Origin: Armatimonadota bacterium
Lineage (GTDB): Bacteria; Armatimonadota; SYMT01
Assembly (NCBI GenBank): GCA_046292385.1
Contig: JBKBRF010000019.1
Coordinates: 1-64,000 of the forward strand
Reading direction: 5' to 3'
Length of the DNA: 64,000 nucleotides
The position numbers and the translations under genes are program-made. Positions within the stretch are counted from its first letter, which is position 1. Each line of letters starts with the position of its first letter. Shown piece by piece: positions 37,769 to 47,687 of the stretch. The notes beneath the pieces are model-generated. The model was not told where the DNA came from. It searched no databases and saw only the letters and a list, made by a program, of their open reading frames with translations.

Positions 37769-40495
37769 ATGCGCGCGCTGCCCCCGCTGCTCCCACAAAC
37801 GAAGAGTGGCCTCTCCCCCTGGCTGCGGCGGCTCCGCTGGCTGGGCCCGCTGCTGCTGCTGGTGGGCGCTCTCGCCTGGCGGCCCGCGCTGGCCCTCTCC
37901 GTGCTGGCGATCGTCCTGGGAGGCGGCGGCCTGCTCTACTGGGTGACGGCGGTCGGCTGGGGCATGTTCCACCCGCGCGTCGTGCTGCGGGGGCGCGACG
38001 GGGCCCTGCGGTGGTCGTTCGGCCTCTCGCTCCTCGGCGGGTTGTTCATCACCGGCGGCCTGGAGGCGCTCCTCGCGCTGCGACCGGACTACCCGCTCTT
38101 CCCGTCGGCGCTAATCCCGCTGCTGGTGCTGCTGGCGGTGCCGCTCGGCTTCCTGCTGCTGCTGCCGCTCAGCTTCTCCGGCGCGGCGGTCGGCGCGTTC
38201 GCGTCCCGGCGCTCGCCGGAGGTGGAGACGGCGGCGCAGGCGGGGCCGACATGCTGGTGGGGAGCGGCGCTGCTCCTGCTCGCGTTCGCCAACCTGGCGA
38301 GCCGGATCCCCGGCGTCGCGCTGCGTCCGCTCCCGGCGCTCTTCCTGCTCGGAACGCCGCTGCTCGCGGCTCTCCTCTCCCGCGCCGCGCTGTGCCCGTC
38401 GCTGCGCCCGGAGCGGCTGACGCGGGGGGTCGTGCGGCTGCTCTCCCGACGCCTGGTCTGGCGGCCGAGCGTGCGCGGGCGCCCGCTGAAGCTCGACTTC
38501 CGCGGTGCCGCTCTCGGCCTCTGCGCCGCGCTCCTGGTCCTCGCCGCCCGCCCCTGGGTGCAGCCGCTCCAGGGGACCGTGTTGATCACGCTGATGAACT
38601 TCCGGAACGCGCTGGCGGTCTGGAACCAACGCGCCGACGCGGAGCTGCGCTTCGTGGAGACGGGGTCGCCCGCGCGAATCGTGCTGCTGGAGCTCGACGC
38701 GCCGCTCCGGCGCGAAGCGGTACAGACCGGCTCCGAGGCGGAGGTCCAGGCGCGGCTGATCCGAAAGCTCGCCGCCTGGAAGCCGCTGCGGGTGGTGCTG
38801 CCGCAGCCGCTGCTCCCTGGCGATCGGCCTTCCGACTGGTACTCGGTTCCCGGCGAGCCCCAGCCGGATGCAGCGGACGCTGAACGGAACGCGAAGCAGA
38901 TCGGAGTGCTCACCGGGGCGATGCGCGAGGCCGGCAACGTGGTCTTCGCCCGTCCCAGGCTGCCTTCCATGGTGTTGGAGGGACTTCCCGCCCAGGAGAT
39001 TCCGCAGGAGACGCTGGCCGCGGCGCGCGCTCTCGCTGCCGCCGCGGCCGCAGTCGGCGACACCGACCTGCCCACCGCCGGCACCGCGCGGCTCCCTGTG
39101 CTGCCGACCGCGTGGACCGAGAACCCACCGCTGCCGCTGCTGATGGCGGCCGCGGCGAAAGGGGAGGTGCTCCGGCCCGGAGAGCTTCGCGACGACGAAG
39201 TCTCGATCCTGGGACGTACCGTCGTCCCGGTAGAGGACCGGCAGCTCCTGATCGACTTCGTCTCCGGCGGCGGGGGAGGGGACTTCCCGCGGTTCACCTA
39301 CAGCAGCATCCTGCGGGGAGACTCGTTCTACACTACGGAGGCTGCAGCCGCCGAGCGAGCGCCGGCCGGCCGGTGGATCCGCCCGGCGGAGTACTTCCGC
39401 GACAAGATCGTGGTGCTCGACTCGCTCGCCCGCCGGCCGCGGGAGACCCCGCTGGGCCTGCTTCCGGCTTCCGAGGTGGCGGCCTATGCGGCGCAGGACC
39501 TCCTCGCGCCCGCGCCGCTCGCCCCGACCGCTCCCCTGGAGCTCGTCCTGATCGTCCTCTTCTTCGGCGTGCTGACTGGATACGTTTGCGCCGGGCGGGG
39601 CCCCCTCGACGCCGGGTGGAGGGTGATGTTCGCCATCGTGGTGATCGTCGGCGCCTCCGTCGTGCTCTACCTGGAGCGGGAGTGGCTCGATCCGGTCCTG
39701 CCGATTGTCACCGTGGCGCTGGCGGGATTCGTCGTGACCCAGCTCACCTTCGCGATGGAGAGCGACGAGCGGGAGCGCAACCGGCAGGTGCTGAGCCGCT
39801 TTCTGCCGCCGCAGCTCGTGGAGCGCCTGATCGACGATCCGGATGCCCGCCTCAAGCTCGGGGGTGCCCGGCAGCAGGTCTGCGTGCTCTTCGCGGACGT
39901 GCGGAACTTCACCCGGTTCGCGGAGCTAGCGAGTCCGGAGGCGGTGGTGGAGACGACGAACGCCTACCTCACCGCCATGACCGGCGCGCTCTTTGAACAC
40001 GGCGGCGTGCTGGACAAGTTCACCGGCGACGGCCTGATGGCGTGGTTCCCGGTGAGCGACCGGGACCACGACGTGCGGCAGGCGGTGCGCGCCGCGATCG
40101 CCATGGCCCGCGCCGCCACGGAGGTCGGGCGGGGGATGCTGGCGCAGGGGCGCCCGCCGCTGCAGATCGGCATCGGCATGCACTACGGCGAGGCGATCGT
40201 CGGCCTCGTCGGCAGCCCAAACCGGCCGGACTTCACCGCGCTCGGCCACACGGTGGTGGTGAGCCACCGGCTCCAGAGCCTCGCGGCCGGCGGAGAGGTG
40301 GTAGTCAGCCAGGATGTCGCCTCCGTCATGGGGGAAGACTTCCACGCCGAAGCGGGCGAGCCGGTGCAGGTAAAGGGGCTCTCCGCCCCGGTCCGGCCCT
40401 ACCGCCTCCGGCTCCAGCTCGACCTGGAGCCCGCCGGACTGGACGAGTGGGCCGTTCCCGAGCCGGCGCCGGCTGCCTCTTCGGAGAGCGGCTAA
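37769..40495 (+). CDS. Multi-TM CHASE2-type class III adenylate/guanylate cyclase
   Basis: VLFADVRNFT, LDKFTGDGLM, GIGMHYG and VKG motifs; CHASE2-like periplasmic part (YFRDKIVVL) followed by 3 TM helices. Confidence 0.85.
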   Translation: MRALPPLLPQTKSGLSPWLRRLRWLGPLLLLVGALAWRPALALSVLAIVLGGGGLLYWVTAVGWGMFHPRVVLRGRDGALRWSFGLSLLGGLFITGGLEALLALRPDYPLFPSALIPLLVLLAVPLGFLLLLPLSFSGAAVGAFASRRSPEVETAAQAGPTCWWGAALLLLAFANLASRIPGVALRPLPALFLLGTPLLAALLSRAALCPSLRPERLTRGVVRLLSRRLVWRPSVRGRPLKLDFRGAALGLCAALLVLAARPWVQPLQGTVLITLMNFRNALAVWNQRADAELRFVETGSPARIVLLELDAPLRREAVQTGSEAEVQARLIRKLAAWKPLRVVLPQPLLPGDRPSDWYSVPGEPQPDAADAERNAKQIGVLTGAMREAGNVVFARPRLPSMVLEGLPAQEIPQETLAAARALAAAAAAVGDTDLPTAGTARLPVLPTAWTENPPLPLLMAAAAKGEVLRPGELRDDEVSILGRTVVPVEDRQLLIDFVSGGGGGDFPRFTYSSILRGDSFYTTEAAAAERAPAGRWIRPAEYFRDKIVVLDSLARRPRETPLGLLPASEVAAYAAQDLLAPAPLAPTAPLELVLIVLFFGVLTGYVCAGRGPLDAGWRVMFAIVVIVGASVVLYLEREWLDPVLPIVTVALAGFVVTQLTFAMESDERERNRQVLSRFLPPQLVERLIDDPDARLKLGGARQQVCVLFADVRNFTRFAELASPEAVVETTNAYLTAMTGALFEHGGVLDKFTGDGLMAWFPVSDRDHDVRQAVRAAIAMARAATEVGRGMLAQGRPPLQIGIGMHYGEAIVGLVGSPNRPDFTALGHTVVVSHRLQSLAAGGEVVVSQDVASVMGEDFHAEAGEPVQVKGLSAPVRPYRLRLQLDLEPAGLDEWAVPEPAPAASSESG

Positions 40496-41997
40496 GCCCC
40501 CCGGATCAAGCCTGAGCCGGCCCCCGCCCAGTCGGTCCCCACGAGCGCCTGGTAGAGCTTGGCCTGGCGCTCCCGCGCCTCGCGGTAGCGAGCGTGGCGC
40601 TCCGGGTCTGGGGAGAAGACGCGACCCAGCGGGGCGGGGAGGTCGCGCAGGTCCCGGATCAGGCCGGCACCCTCCAGCGCCAGGAGGGCGGCGCCGCGGG
40701 CGGAGGCCTCTTCCACGCGAGATGCGGCGACTTCCCGGCCGAGCGCGTCCGCCACCATCTGGGTCCAGGCGGGGGAGGCGAGCAGGGCGCCGCCGGTGGC
40801 AACGATCTGGTGCTCCGGAGCGGCGACCGGCGCCAGGAGCTCGTGGATCAGCGCGAAACGGTAGGCGACCGCCTCCAGACCCGCCCGCAGGATCTCCTCC
40901 GGCCGGGTGCTCCAGGAGAGGCCCACGATCGCCGCGCGCGCGTCCCCGCGCCACCCGGGGCAGCGCTCCCCGGCCAGGAACGGCAGCACCGTCAGCCCGT
41001 GCCCGTCCGGCTCCCCCGCGGAGAGCGCCGCTTCCAGCTCCTCTGCCGCGGGGAGCTTCAGCGTGTCGCGCAGCCATGCAAAAAGGCTGCCGCCGTTGCT
41101 GAGGGCGCCGCCCTGCAGGTAGCGCCGCGCGTCCCACCGGTAGCGCCAGAGCCCCCACGGCGTCTCCGGCGCCGGCCCCTCCGCCATCACCCGGACGGCC
41201 CCGCTGGTACCGACCATCAGCGCCACCCGCTCCGGCGAGACGCAGCCGCTGCCGACGTTGCTGCAGGCGCCGTCGCCCGCCGCCGGGAACCAGGGCACAT
41301 CCGAGAGCTGGGGCAGCCGGGCGGCGAGCTCGGGCGTCAAACCGACGAAGGGCGTGCCGGTGTCGACGATCGGGCTCAACTGCTCCGCCCGCACCGGCAG
41401 CTCGGAGAGGAAGGTCTCGTCCCACTGCCCGGCCTGGTGGTGGTAGAACCCGGTCCCCGAGGCCATGGAGATGCTGCAGGCGGGGGCGCCGAAGAGCCGC
41501 GCGTGGAAGTACTCACCCGGCGACATCCAGCGTGCGGACTCCCGCAGCCACTCCGGCCGATGATGGGCGGCCCAGAGGAGGCGCGGCCCGGGGTAGCTGG
41601 TGTGCAGCAGCGCGCCGGTGCGGGCGTGGAGGGCGCGCTCGTCCAGCCGGCTCCGCAGCTCCGCCACCTCTGCCACGCTGCGGGTGTCGGCCCACATCAG
41701 CACCGGCGTGGCGGGCAGGCCGTCCGCGCGGACGCCCAGGATGCTGTGCCAGAAGGTGGAGATGCCGACCCCGGCAATCCGGCGGGCCCGCTCGCCCGCC
41801 AGCCGCAGCACCTGCTCCACGCAGCCCAGGCTTCGCTGCAGCAGCGCTTCCGCGTCCATCTCCACCCCGCCGTCCGGCGAGGCGGCCGGCGCGTGGGAGA
41901 CTCCGGCGGCGGCCCCGGGGACCGGCTCTCCCCGCTCGTCATAGAGCGCGGCGCGAATGGACGAGGTGCCAACGTCGAGCGAGAGGACGTAGTTCAT
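40492..41997 (-). CDS. gntK: FGGY-family sugar kinase, gluconokinase-like
   Basis: LDVGTSS, WADTR, GDGACSNVG, VGTSGA and LPFLAGERCP motifs. Confidence 0.85.
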   Translation of the reverse strand: MNYVLSLDVGTSSIRAALYDERGEPVPGAAAGVSHAPAASPDGGVEMDAEALLQRSLGCVEQVLRLAGERARRIAGVGISTFWHSILGVRADGLPATPVLMWADTRSVAEVAELRSRLDERALHARTGALLHTSYPGPRLLWAAHHRPEWLRESARWMSPGEYFHARLFGAPACSISMASGTGFYHHQAGQWDETFLSELPVRAEQLSPIVDTGTPFVGLTPELAARLPQLSDVPWFPAAGDGACSNVGSGCVSPERVALMVGTSGAVRVMAEGPAPETPWGLWRYRWDARRYLQGGALSNGGSLFAWLRDTLKLPAAEELEAALSAGEPDGHGLTVLPFLAGERCPGWRGDARAAIVGLSWSTRPEEILRAGLEAVAYRFALIHELLAPVAAPEHQIVATGGALLASPAWTQMVADALGREVAASRVEEASARGAALLALEGAGLIRDLRDLPAPLGRVFSPDPERHARYREARERQAKLYQALVGTDWAGAGSGLIRGA

Positions 41998-42098
41998 GCG
42001 AAGTGGTAATCTAGCCGTAGCACTGGCGGCTGCCGGCCTGGCACAGCCCCGGGATCGAGTTTCACCCACTCCCCGAGTTCAGAGAGGATTGTAACAGC

Positions 42099-42962
42099 AT
42101 GAAGACCGAGAACGGCTCCGAGCTGGACCGCCGCGCCCTCCTCAAGGGCGCTACGGCGGGTGTGGTTGGCGCCGGTGTCGCCGCCACGGCGCTCGCGGCG
42201 GCGCCGGAGGCGGCGGCGCAGGACAAGGGCGCCCTCAAGGACGAGGGAGTCCTCACCGAGACGATCCGCTTCCAGAGCGGCGGCGACACGATCAGCGGTT
42301 TTCTCGCCCGTCCCCGCGCCGCGGCGCGCCGGGGAACGGTGATCATCATCCCCGGCATCTTCGGAATCACGGACCAGATCAAGGAGACGACCGCCCAGGT
42401 GGCGCAGGCGGGTCTGAACGCGCTGGCGCTCGACTTCTACGCTCGCAAGGGCGGCGCGCCGGAGACGAACGACTTCAACGTGCTGCGCACCTTCGTGGCG
42501 GAAAACGCGCCGGACAAGCAGATCGTCCAGGACGCGCAGGCGGCGATTGACCACCTGGAGAAGCAGCCGTACGCCAACGACAAGTTCGGGATCACCGGCT
42601 TCTGCATGGGCGGCCGGATCACGCTGCTCGTCGCCGCGGCTTCGCCGGACATCGACGCCGCCTCGCCCTACTACGGCCCGGTGCGCGCGGCAGGTCCGAC
42701 CAACCTGGCGCCGATCGAGATGACGGAGAAGATCAAGGCGCCGGTGCAGGGCCACTACGGTGCTACCGACCGCAACCCGTCTCCGGAAGACGTGCGCGCC
42801 TTCTACGCCAAGCTGAAGGAGACGAACCCGCACGCGGAGTTCCACATCTACGAGGGAGCCGGCCACGCGTTCCAGGACTGGACCCGCCCGTCCTACAACG
42901 CCGAAGCGGCCCGGACCGCCTGGGGCCGCACCGTGGAGTTCTTCCAGAAGCACCTGAAGTAG
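42099..42962 (+). CDS. Tat-exported dienelactone hydrolase family protein
   Basis: DRRALLK twin-arginine signal; GFCMGG and YEGAGHAF motifs. Confidence 0.92.
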   Translation: MKTENGSELDRRALLKGATAGVVGAGVAATALAAAPEAAAQDKGALKDEGVLTETIRFQSGGDTISGFLARPRAAARRGTVIIIPGIFGITDQIKETTAQVAQAGLNALALDFYARKGGAPETNDFNVLRTFVAENAPDKQIVQDAQAAIDHLEKQPYANDKFGITGFCMGGRITLLVAAASPDIDAASPYYGPVRAAGPTNLAPIEMTEKIKAPVQGHYGATDRNPSPEDVRAFYAKLKETNPHAEFHIYEGAGHAFQDWTRPSYNAEAARTAWGRTVEFFQKHLK

Positions 42963-43000
42963 CCGTCTCGCGCGGCTCCACAAACCCCACTACGATGGAG

Positions 43001-43033
43001 CGCCCCGGCCGGCGGCCGGGGCGTTTCCTTTTT
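43001..43033 (+). terminator. Intrinsic terminator
   Basis: CGCCCCGGCC-GGC-GGCCGGGGCG followed by TTTCCTTTTT. Confidence 0.8.
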
Positions 43034-43201
43034 GATCCGTAACGATGCTGGACAGAACCTGAAAGAATGACATGGGGGTGAAGCGTACCGTCGCACGGCC
43101 GGCAGCGGCACGTGACGCAGGAGAAGCGTTCTGCCCGCTCGGAATGGGGCATTGAGCTGTGACGGCCCCGCCGGCCGTGTTGTGTTCTGGAGGAATCCCG
43201 G

Positions 43202-45574
43202 TTGGAAAGTGACGCAACTGCCCCCCTGCAGGACCCGAGGCAGCTGGCGATCGGCGACGGAGTCTACGGCCTGGATCCGCAGGGCTTCTGCACCTTTATT
43301 AATCCCGCCGCGGCCGAGATGCTCGGCTACCGCGCGGAAGAGCTGCTCGGCCGGGAGCTCCACGCGCTGATCCACCACACGCGCGCCGACGGCTCCCCTT
43401 ACCGGCTGGAGGAGTGCCCCATCGCGGGCTCGCTGTGGACCGGCGAGCCGGTCCGGCTGGATGATGAGCTCCTGTGGCGGCGGGACGGCACTTCCTTCCG
43501 CGCGGAGTACTCCGCGTACCCGCTCCGGACCGGTGACGCGGTGCAGGGCGCGGTGGTCGTCTTCCGCGATTCCTCGGCCGCCCAGTCGGAACGGGAGCGG
43601 CTCTCCGCAGCGCTGCAGCGCGCCCACCAGGAGCGGCAGGAACTGCTGGAGCGAGAGCGGCTAGCGCGGCAGGCGGCGGAGCGGGAGCGGGATCTGCTGC
43701 TGCGGGTTACGGAGAACGCGCCGATCTCCATCGGAGTGCTGGAAGGCCCGGAGCATCGCTTCACCTTCGTCAACTCGGTCACGGCGGATCTGTGCGGGCT
43801 GCCGGTGGAGGCGTTCCTGGGACGGACGCATCGGGAGGTGGCCCCCGAGGCAGACGCGGTGGTCGGCCCGGTTCTCGATCGCGTCTTCCGGACGGGGCAG
43901 CCGGAGGTGATGCCGGACCTGGAAGTCCGGCTCCCGAACGGACGGCAGGCCTCTCTTCACGTCATCTGGACCCCGCTCCAGGGGCCGGACGGCACGCTGG
44001 CCGGAGTGCTCTACCTCTCGCTCGATACCACCGAGCTCCGCCGCGCGCAGGAGGCGCTGCGGACCGCGCACGACAGCTTCCGGCACCTGGTGCAGAACTC
44101 GCCGTTCGGACTCTATGCGGTCGACGCCGACTTCCGCCTGGTGCAGGTGAGTGCCGGCGCGCAGAAGGTGTTCGAGAATGTCCAGCCGCTGCTCGGGAGG
44201 GACTTCGCGGCGGTGCTGCGCGCCATCTGGCCGGAGCCGTTCGCGACCGAGGCGATCGGCTACTTCCGCCACACCCTGGCGACGGGGGAGCCTTACCACG
44301 CCCCCAGCACCGTAGAGCGCCGGCGGGACATCGACGAAGTGGAGGCGTACGACTGGAAGATCGAGCGGGTGACGCTGCCGGACGGCCGCTACGGCGTGGT
44401 CTGCCACTTCTACGACCTTTCGGAGCGGCAGCAGTACGAAGAGGCGCTGCGCGACGCGGACCGGCGCAAGGACGAGTTCCTGGCGATGCTGGCCCACGAG
44501 CTCCGCAACCCGCTGGGGGCGATCCGCAACGCCGTGGGGCTGCTCCAGCAGGCAGAGCCCGGAAGCGCGCCGTTCCGGCGAGGGCTGGAGGTGGCGCGCC
44601 GTCAGATTCAGCACCAGAGCCAGATCGTGGATGATCTGCTCGACGTCTCCCGGATTCGCAGCGGCAAGCTGGAGCTCCGCCGCGAGCAGCTCGACCTGAC
44701 GGAGCTGGTGCGAGACACCGCCGAGGATTTCCGCGCGGAAGTGGAGCGGCGGGGGCTGGCGCTCACGGTCGCGCTCCCGGACGAGCCGGTGTCGGTGCAG
44801 GGCGACCGCACCCGGCTTGCGCAGGCGCTGGGCAACCTGCTGAACAACGCCAGCAAGTTCACCCCCGCGGGAGGCGAGGTGCGGATCGAGTTGGAGACCC
44901 GGCCCTCCGAGAAGCGAAGCGAGATGGCCGAGATCCGGGTGCGCGACACCGGCGTGGGCATCGACCCCGAGATGCTGGCCCGGCTCTTCGAGCCGTTTAC
45001 GCAGGCCGACCGGAGCCTGGACCGGTCTTGCGGCGGGCTGGGGCTGGGGCTCTCGCTCGTTCGCGGACTGGTGGAGATGCACGGCGGCCAGGTACACGGG
45101 CGGAGCGCCGGGGAAGGACGCGGAGCCGAGTTCACCCTGACGCTGCCCGTGAGTGCCGCGCCACTCGGTGAGCCGGCTCGCCGCGCCGCAGTCACGAGCA
45201 ACAGCGGCTCTCAGCGCGTGCTGGTGGTGGAAGACCTCCCCGACGCGGCGGAGACCTTGCGGGACCTGCTGGAGCTGGCCGGCTACACGGTCGAGGTCGC
45301 CTCCGACGGTCCCGCCGCGCTCGCGTCCGCTGCCGCCTTCCGTCCGAACGTGGTGCTGTGCGACATCGGGCTGCCAGGCATGGACGGTTACTCCGTGGCG
45401 GAAGAGCTCCGGCGCCGCGCCGCCACCGCGGAGAGCTACCTCATCGCGCTCACCGGGTACGGGCAGGAAGCGGACCGGCACCGCGCCGAGACCGCCGGCT
45501 TTAACCTGCACCTCACCAAGCCGGTCGAGCCGGAGGCGCTGTACCGGGTCCTCGCGTCGCTCGCGGCGGCGTAG
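43202..45574 (+). CDS. Cytoplasmic hybrid sensor histidine kinase (3 PAS, HisKA, HATPase, REC)
   Basis: FLAMLAHELRNPL, NLLNNASKF, DTGVG, GLGLGL and VLCDIGLPGMDG motifs. Confidence 0.93.
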   Translation: MESDATAPLQDPRQLAIGDGVYGLDPQGFCTFINPAAAEMLGYRAEELLGRELHALIHHTRADGSPYRLEECPIAGSLWTGEPVRLDDELLWRRDGTSFRAEYSAYPLRTGDAVQGAVVVFRDSSAAQSERERLSAALQRAHQERQELLERERLARQAAERERDLLLRVTENAPISIGVLEGPEHRFTFVNSVTADLCGLPVEAFLGRTHREVAPEADAVVGPVLDRVFRTGQPEVMPDLEVRLPNGRQASLHVIWTPLQGPDGTLAGVLYLSLDTTELRRAQEALRTAHDSFRHLVQNSPFGLYAVDADFRLVQVSAGAQKVFENVQPLLGRDFAAVLRAIWPEPFATEAIGYFRHTLATGEPYHAPSTVERRRDIDEVEAYDWKIERVTLPDGRYGVVCHFYDLSERQQYEEALRDADRRKDEFLAMLAHELRNPLGAIRNAVGLLQQAEPGSAPFRRGLEVARRQIQHQSQIVDDLLDVSRIRSGKLELRREQLDLTELVRDTAEDFRAEVERRGLALTVALPDEPVSVQGDRTRLAQALGNLLNNASKFTPAGGEVRIELETRPSEKRSEMAEIRVRDTGVGIDPEMLARLFEPFTQADRSLDRSCGGLGLGLSLVRGLVEMHGGQVHGRSAGEGRGAEFTLTLPVSAAPLGEPARRAAVTSNSGSQRVLVVEDLPDAAETLRDLLELAGYTVEVASDGPAALASAAAFRPNVVLCDIGLPGMDGYSVAEELRRRAATAESYLIALTGYGQEADRHRAETAGFNLHLTKPVEPEALYRVLASLAAA

Positions 45575-45766
45575 CGCGTCGGGCTGCTTCGCTTCTGCAA
45601 GTCCCGTGCGTGCGGTGGCCCTGAATACCAGCGATCCACGCAGGAGTTCCCTCCGCTCCTGCGCAACTGTCGGCACAGTACTCATTCGTGCGGAGAGCAT
45701 CAGAGCCGATTTGCTCCGCGCGCCCCCGTCCCATCCACCACCTTTTCTCACCACAGGAGTCCAACC

Positions 45767-47350
45767 TTGAGCAGCGCAGCCAAAGTGGGGCCAAAGGAGT
45801 TCGCCGGCTCCGATCTGCCCGAAAACAAGAAAGTCATGCTCTTCTGGGCGTGCTTTGCCGCCCTGATTGCCACGGCGTTCGGCTTTATCGTGCGGGTCTT
45901 CCTCATCCCGGAATGGGGCGATCAGTTCGGGATGACCGAGGTCCAGAAGGGCCGAATCCTCGGCGCGGGTCTGTGGCCGTTCTCGATCAGCATCATCCTC
46001 TTTAGCCTGGTGATCGACCGGATCGGCTACGGCAAGGCGATGGCGTTCGCGTTCGCCTGCCACGTCGCCTCCGCCGTGATGCTGATTACCGCGCGGAGCT
46101 ACGACCAGCTCTACTGGGGAAGCTTCGTTGGGGCGCTGGCGAACGGAACGGTCGAAGCGGCGGTGAACCCAGTGGTCGCCACGCTCTTCCCCAACGAAAA
46201 GACCAAGTGGCTCAACCGGCTGCACGCCGGCTGGCCCGGCGGCCTCGTCCTGGGCGGAATCCTGGCGCTCATCATGGGGCCGGGAACTGCCTGGCAGTGG
46301 AAGGTCGGCCTGGTCCTGATCCCCACCGCGATTTACGGCGTGATGATGCTGGGAGCCAAGTTCCCGGTCTCCGAGCGCGTCGCCGCGGGCGTCTCCTACA
46401 AGGAGATGCTGAAGGAGTTCGGCGTTCTCGGCGCGCTGATGGCCAGCTTCCTGGTCTTCGCGGAGCTGGGGAACACCTTCGGATGGAACCCGTGGGTGAT
46501 CGGCGCCATCGTGGTGGCGGTAACCCTGGCTTTCGGGGCCACCATCAACTTCGCGCCGGGACGACCGCTCTTCCTGGTCCTGATGGCGATCATGATTCCG
46601 CTCGCGATCACCGAGCTCGGGGTCGACAGCTGGATTACCGACCTGATGGGACCGGAAATGATCGCGCTCGGGCTGCAGGCCGGCTGGGTGCTGGTCTACA
46701 CCTCCGTGATCATGATGATCCTCCGCTTCTTCGCGGGCTCGATCGTCCACCGCATCTCCCCGCTGGGGCTGCTGGCGGTCAGCGCGGCGATCGCCGCGAT
46801 TGGCCTGGCGTTCCTCTCCAAGGCGGCCGGGGCGACCATCCTCGTCGCGGCCACCCTCTACGGCCTGGGCAAGACCTTCTTCTGGCCCACGATGCTCGGG
46901 GTCGTGGCGGAGCAGTTCCCCCGCGGCGGCGCCCTCACCCTGAACGCCATCGCCGGCGTTGGGATGCTGGCGGTCGGCGTGGTCGGGAATCCGTTCCTCG
47001 GCTACATCCAGGACACCAGCGTGAACAGCCACCTGCAGCGGGAGAACGCGGCCATCCATCAGCAGGTCGCCACCGAGAAGCAGTGGGTGTTCGGCCAGTA
47101 CGTCGCGCCGGACCCCGGTAAGATCGCGACTCTGCCGGAAGCCGATCAGGCGGCCGTGAAGCACGTTTCCGACGTGGCGAAGAAGGAAGCGCTGCTTACG
47201 GTGACGATCTTCCCGATCATCATGCTCCTCGGCTACCTCGCGCTGCTCGGCTACTTCAAGTCGCGCGGCGGCTACAAGGCGGAGGTGCTGGCGGGCCACG
47301 CCGCCGAGGACGAGGAGTTTACGGGCGGCGTCAAGGGACCGGTCCGTTAG
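45767..47350 (+). CDS. MFS transporter
   Basis: About 12-14 TM helices; IDRIGYGK, NGTVEA and WLNRLHAGWPGG motifs. Confidence 0.88.
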   Translation: MSSAAKVGPKEFAGSDLPENKKVMLFWACFAALIATAFGFIVRVFLIPEWGDQFGMTEVQKGRILGAGLWPFSISIILFSLVIDRIGYGKAMAFAFACHVASAVMLITARSYDQLYWGSFVGALANGTVEAAVNPVVATLFPNEKTKWLNRLHAGWPGGLVLGGILALIMGPGTAWQWKVGLVLIPTAIYGVMMLGAKFPVSERVAAGVSYKEMLKEFGVLGALMASFLVFAELGNTFGWNPWVIGAIVVAVTLAFGATINFAPGRPLFLVLMAIMIPLAITELGVDSWITDLMGPEMIALGLQAGWVLVYTSVIMMILRFFAGSIVHRISPLGLLAVSAAIAAIGLAFLSKAAGATILVAATLYGLGKTFFWPTMLGVVAEQFPRGGALTLNAIAGVGMLAVGVVGNPFLGYIQDTSVNSHLQRENAAIHQQVATEKQWVFGQYVAPDPGKIATLPEADQAAVKHVSDVAKKEALLTVTIFPIIMLLGYLALLGYFKSRGGYKAEVLAGHAAEDEEFTGGVKGPVR

Positions 47351-47376
47351 CTCGAACTGATCTCCGGATCGATTGG

Positions 47377-47406
47377 GGGACCAGCCGCCTGGCTGGTCCC
47401 TCTTTT
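47377..47406 (+). terminator. Intrinsic terminator
   Basis: GGGACCAGCC-GCCT-GGCTGGTCCC followed by TCTTTT. Confidence 0.8.
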
Positions 47407-47450
47407 CGTTTCCGACGTCCTGAAGCGCACGCACGCGGCGGGGTGTCTGC

Positions 47451-47510
47451 GTTACGCAAAGTTCATTGCGGCGAAACATTTCGGAAACGGAGGAGAAAAG
47501 GTCGGGAAAT
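47451..47510 (+). promoter_or_regulatory. Array of six 11-bp-spaced pentamers resembling GlnR boxes, upstream of amtB-glnK
   Basis: GTTAC(47451), TTCAT(47462), GAAAC(47473), GAAAC(47484), GAAAA(47495), GAAAT(47506). Confidence 0.55.
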
Positions 47511-47687
47511 ACGGCGGGTCTACCCTTTCTTCAACAGGTTGACTTTCCGCGGGAGCAACTCCCGCGGGCCCTGCGGCGGCCTGCCTTCGTTTCAGCGCAG
47601 AGCGAAGGGATCCCATGCCGCCGCAAGGAGAGCAGCCGCTGCTCGCGCCTCGAGGCCGAGGCGCCACGGTTAGCTACAGAGGATGGT

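Noticed and set aside
47586..47675. Glutamine riboswitch or ANTAR hairpins upstream of amtB
   Set aside because: Only fragments (CGUUUCA, GAAG, AAGGAG); the required P1 pairing and twin hexaloop stems do not form
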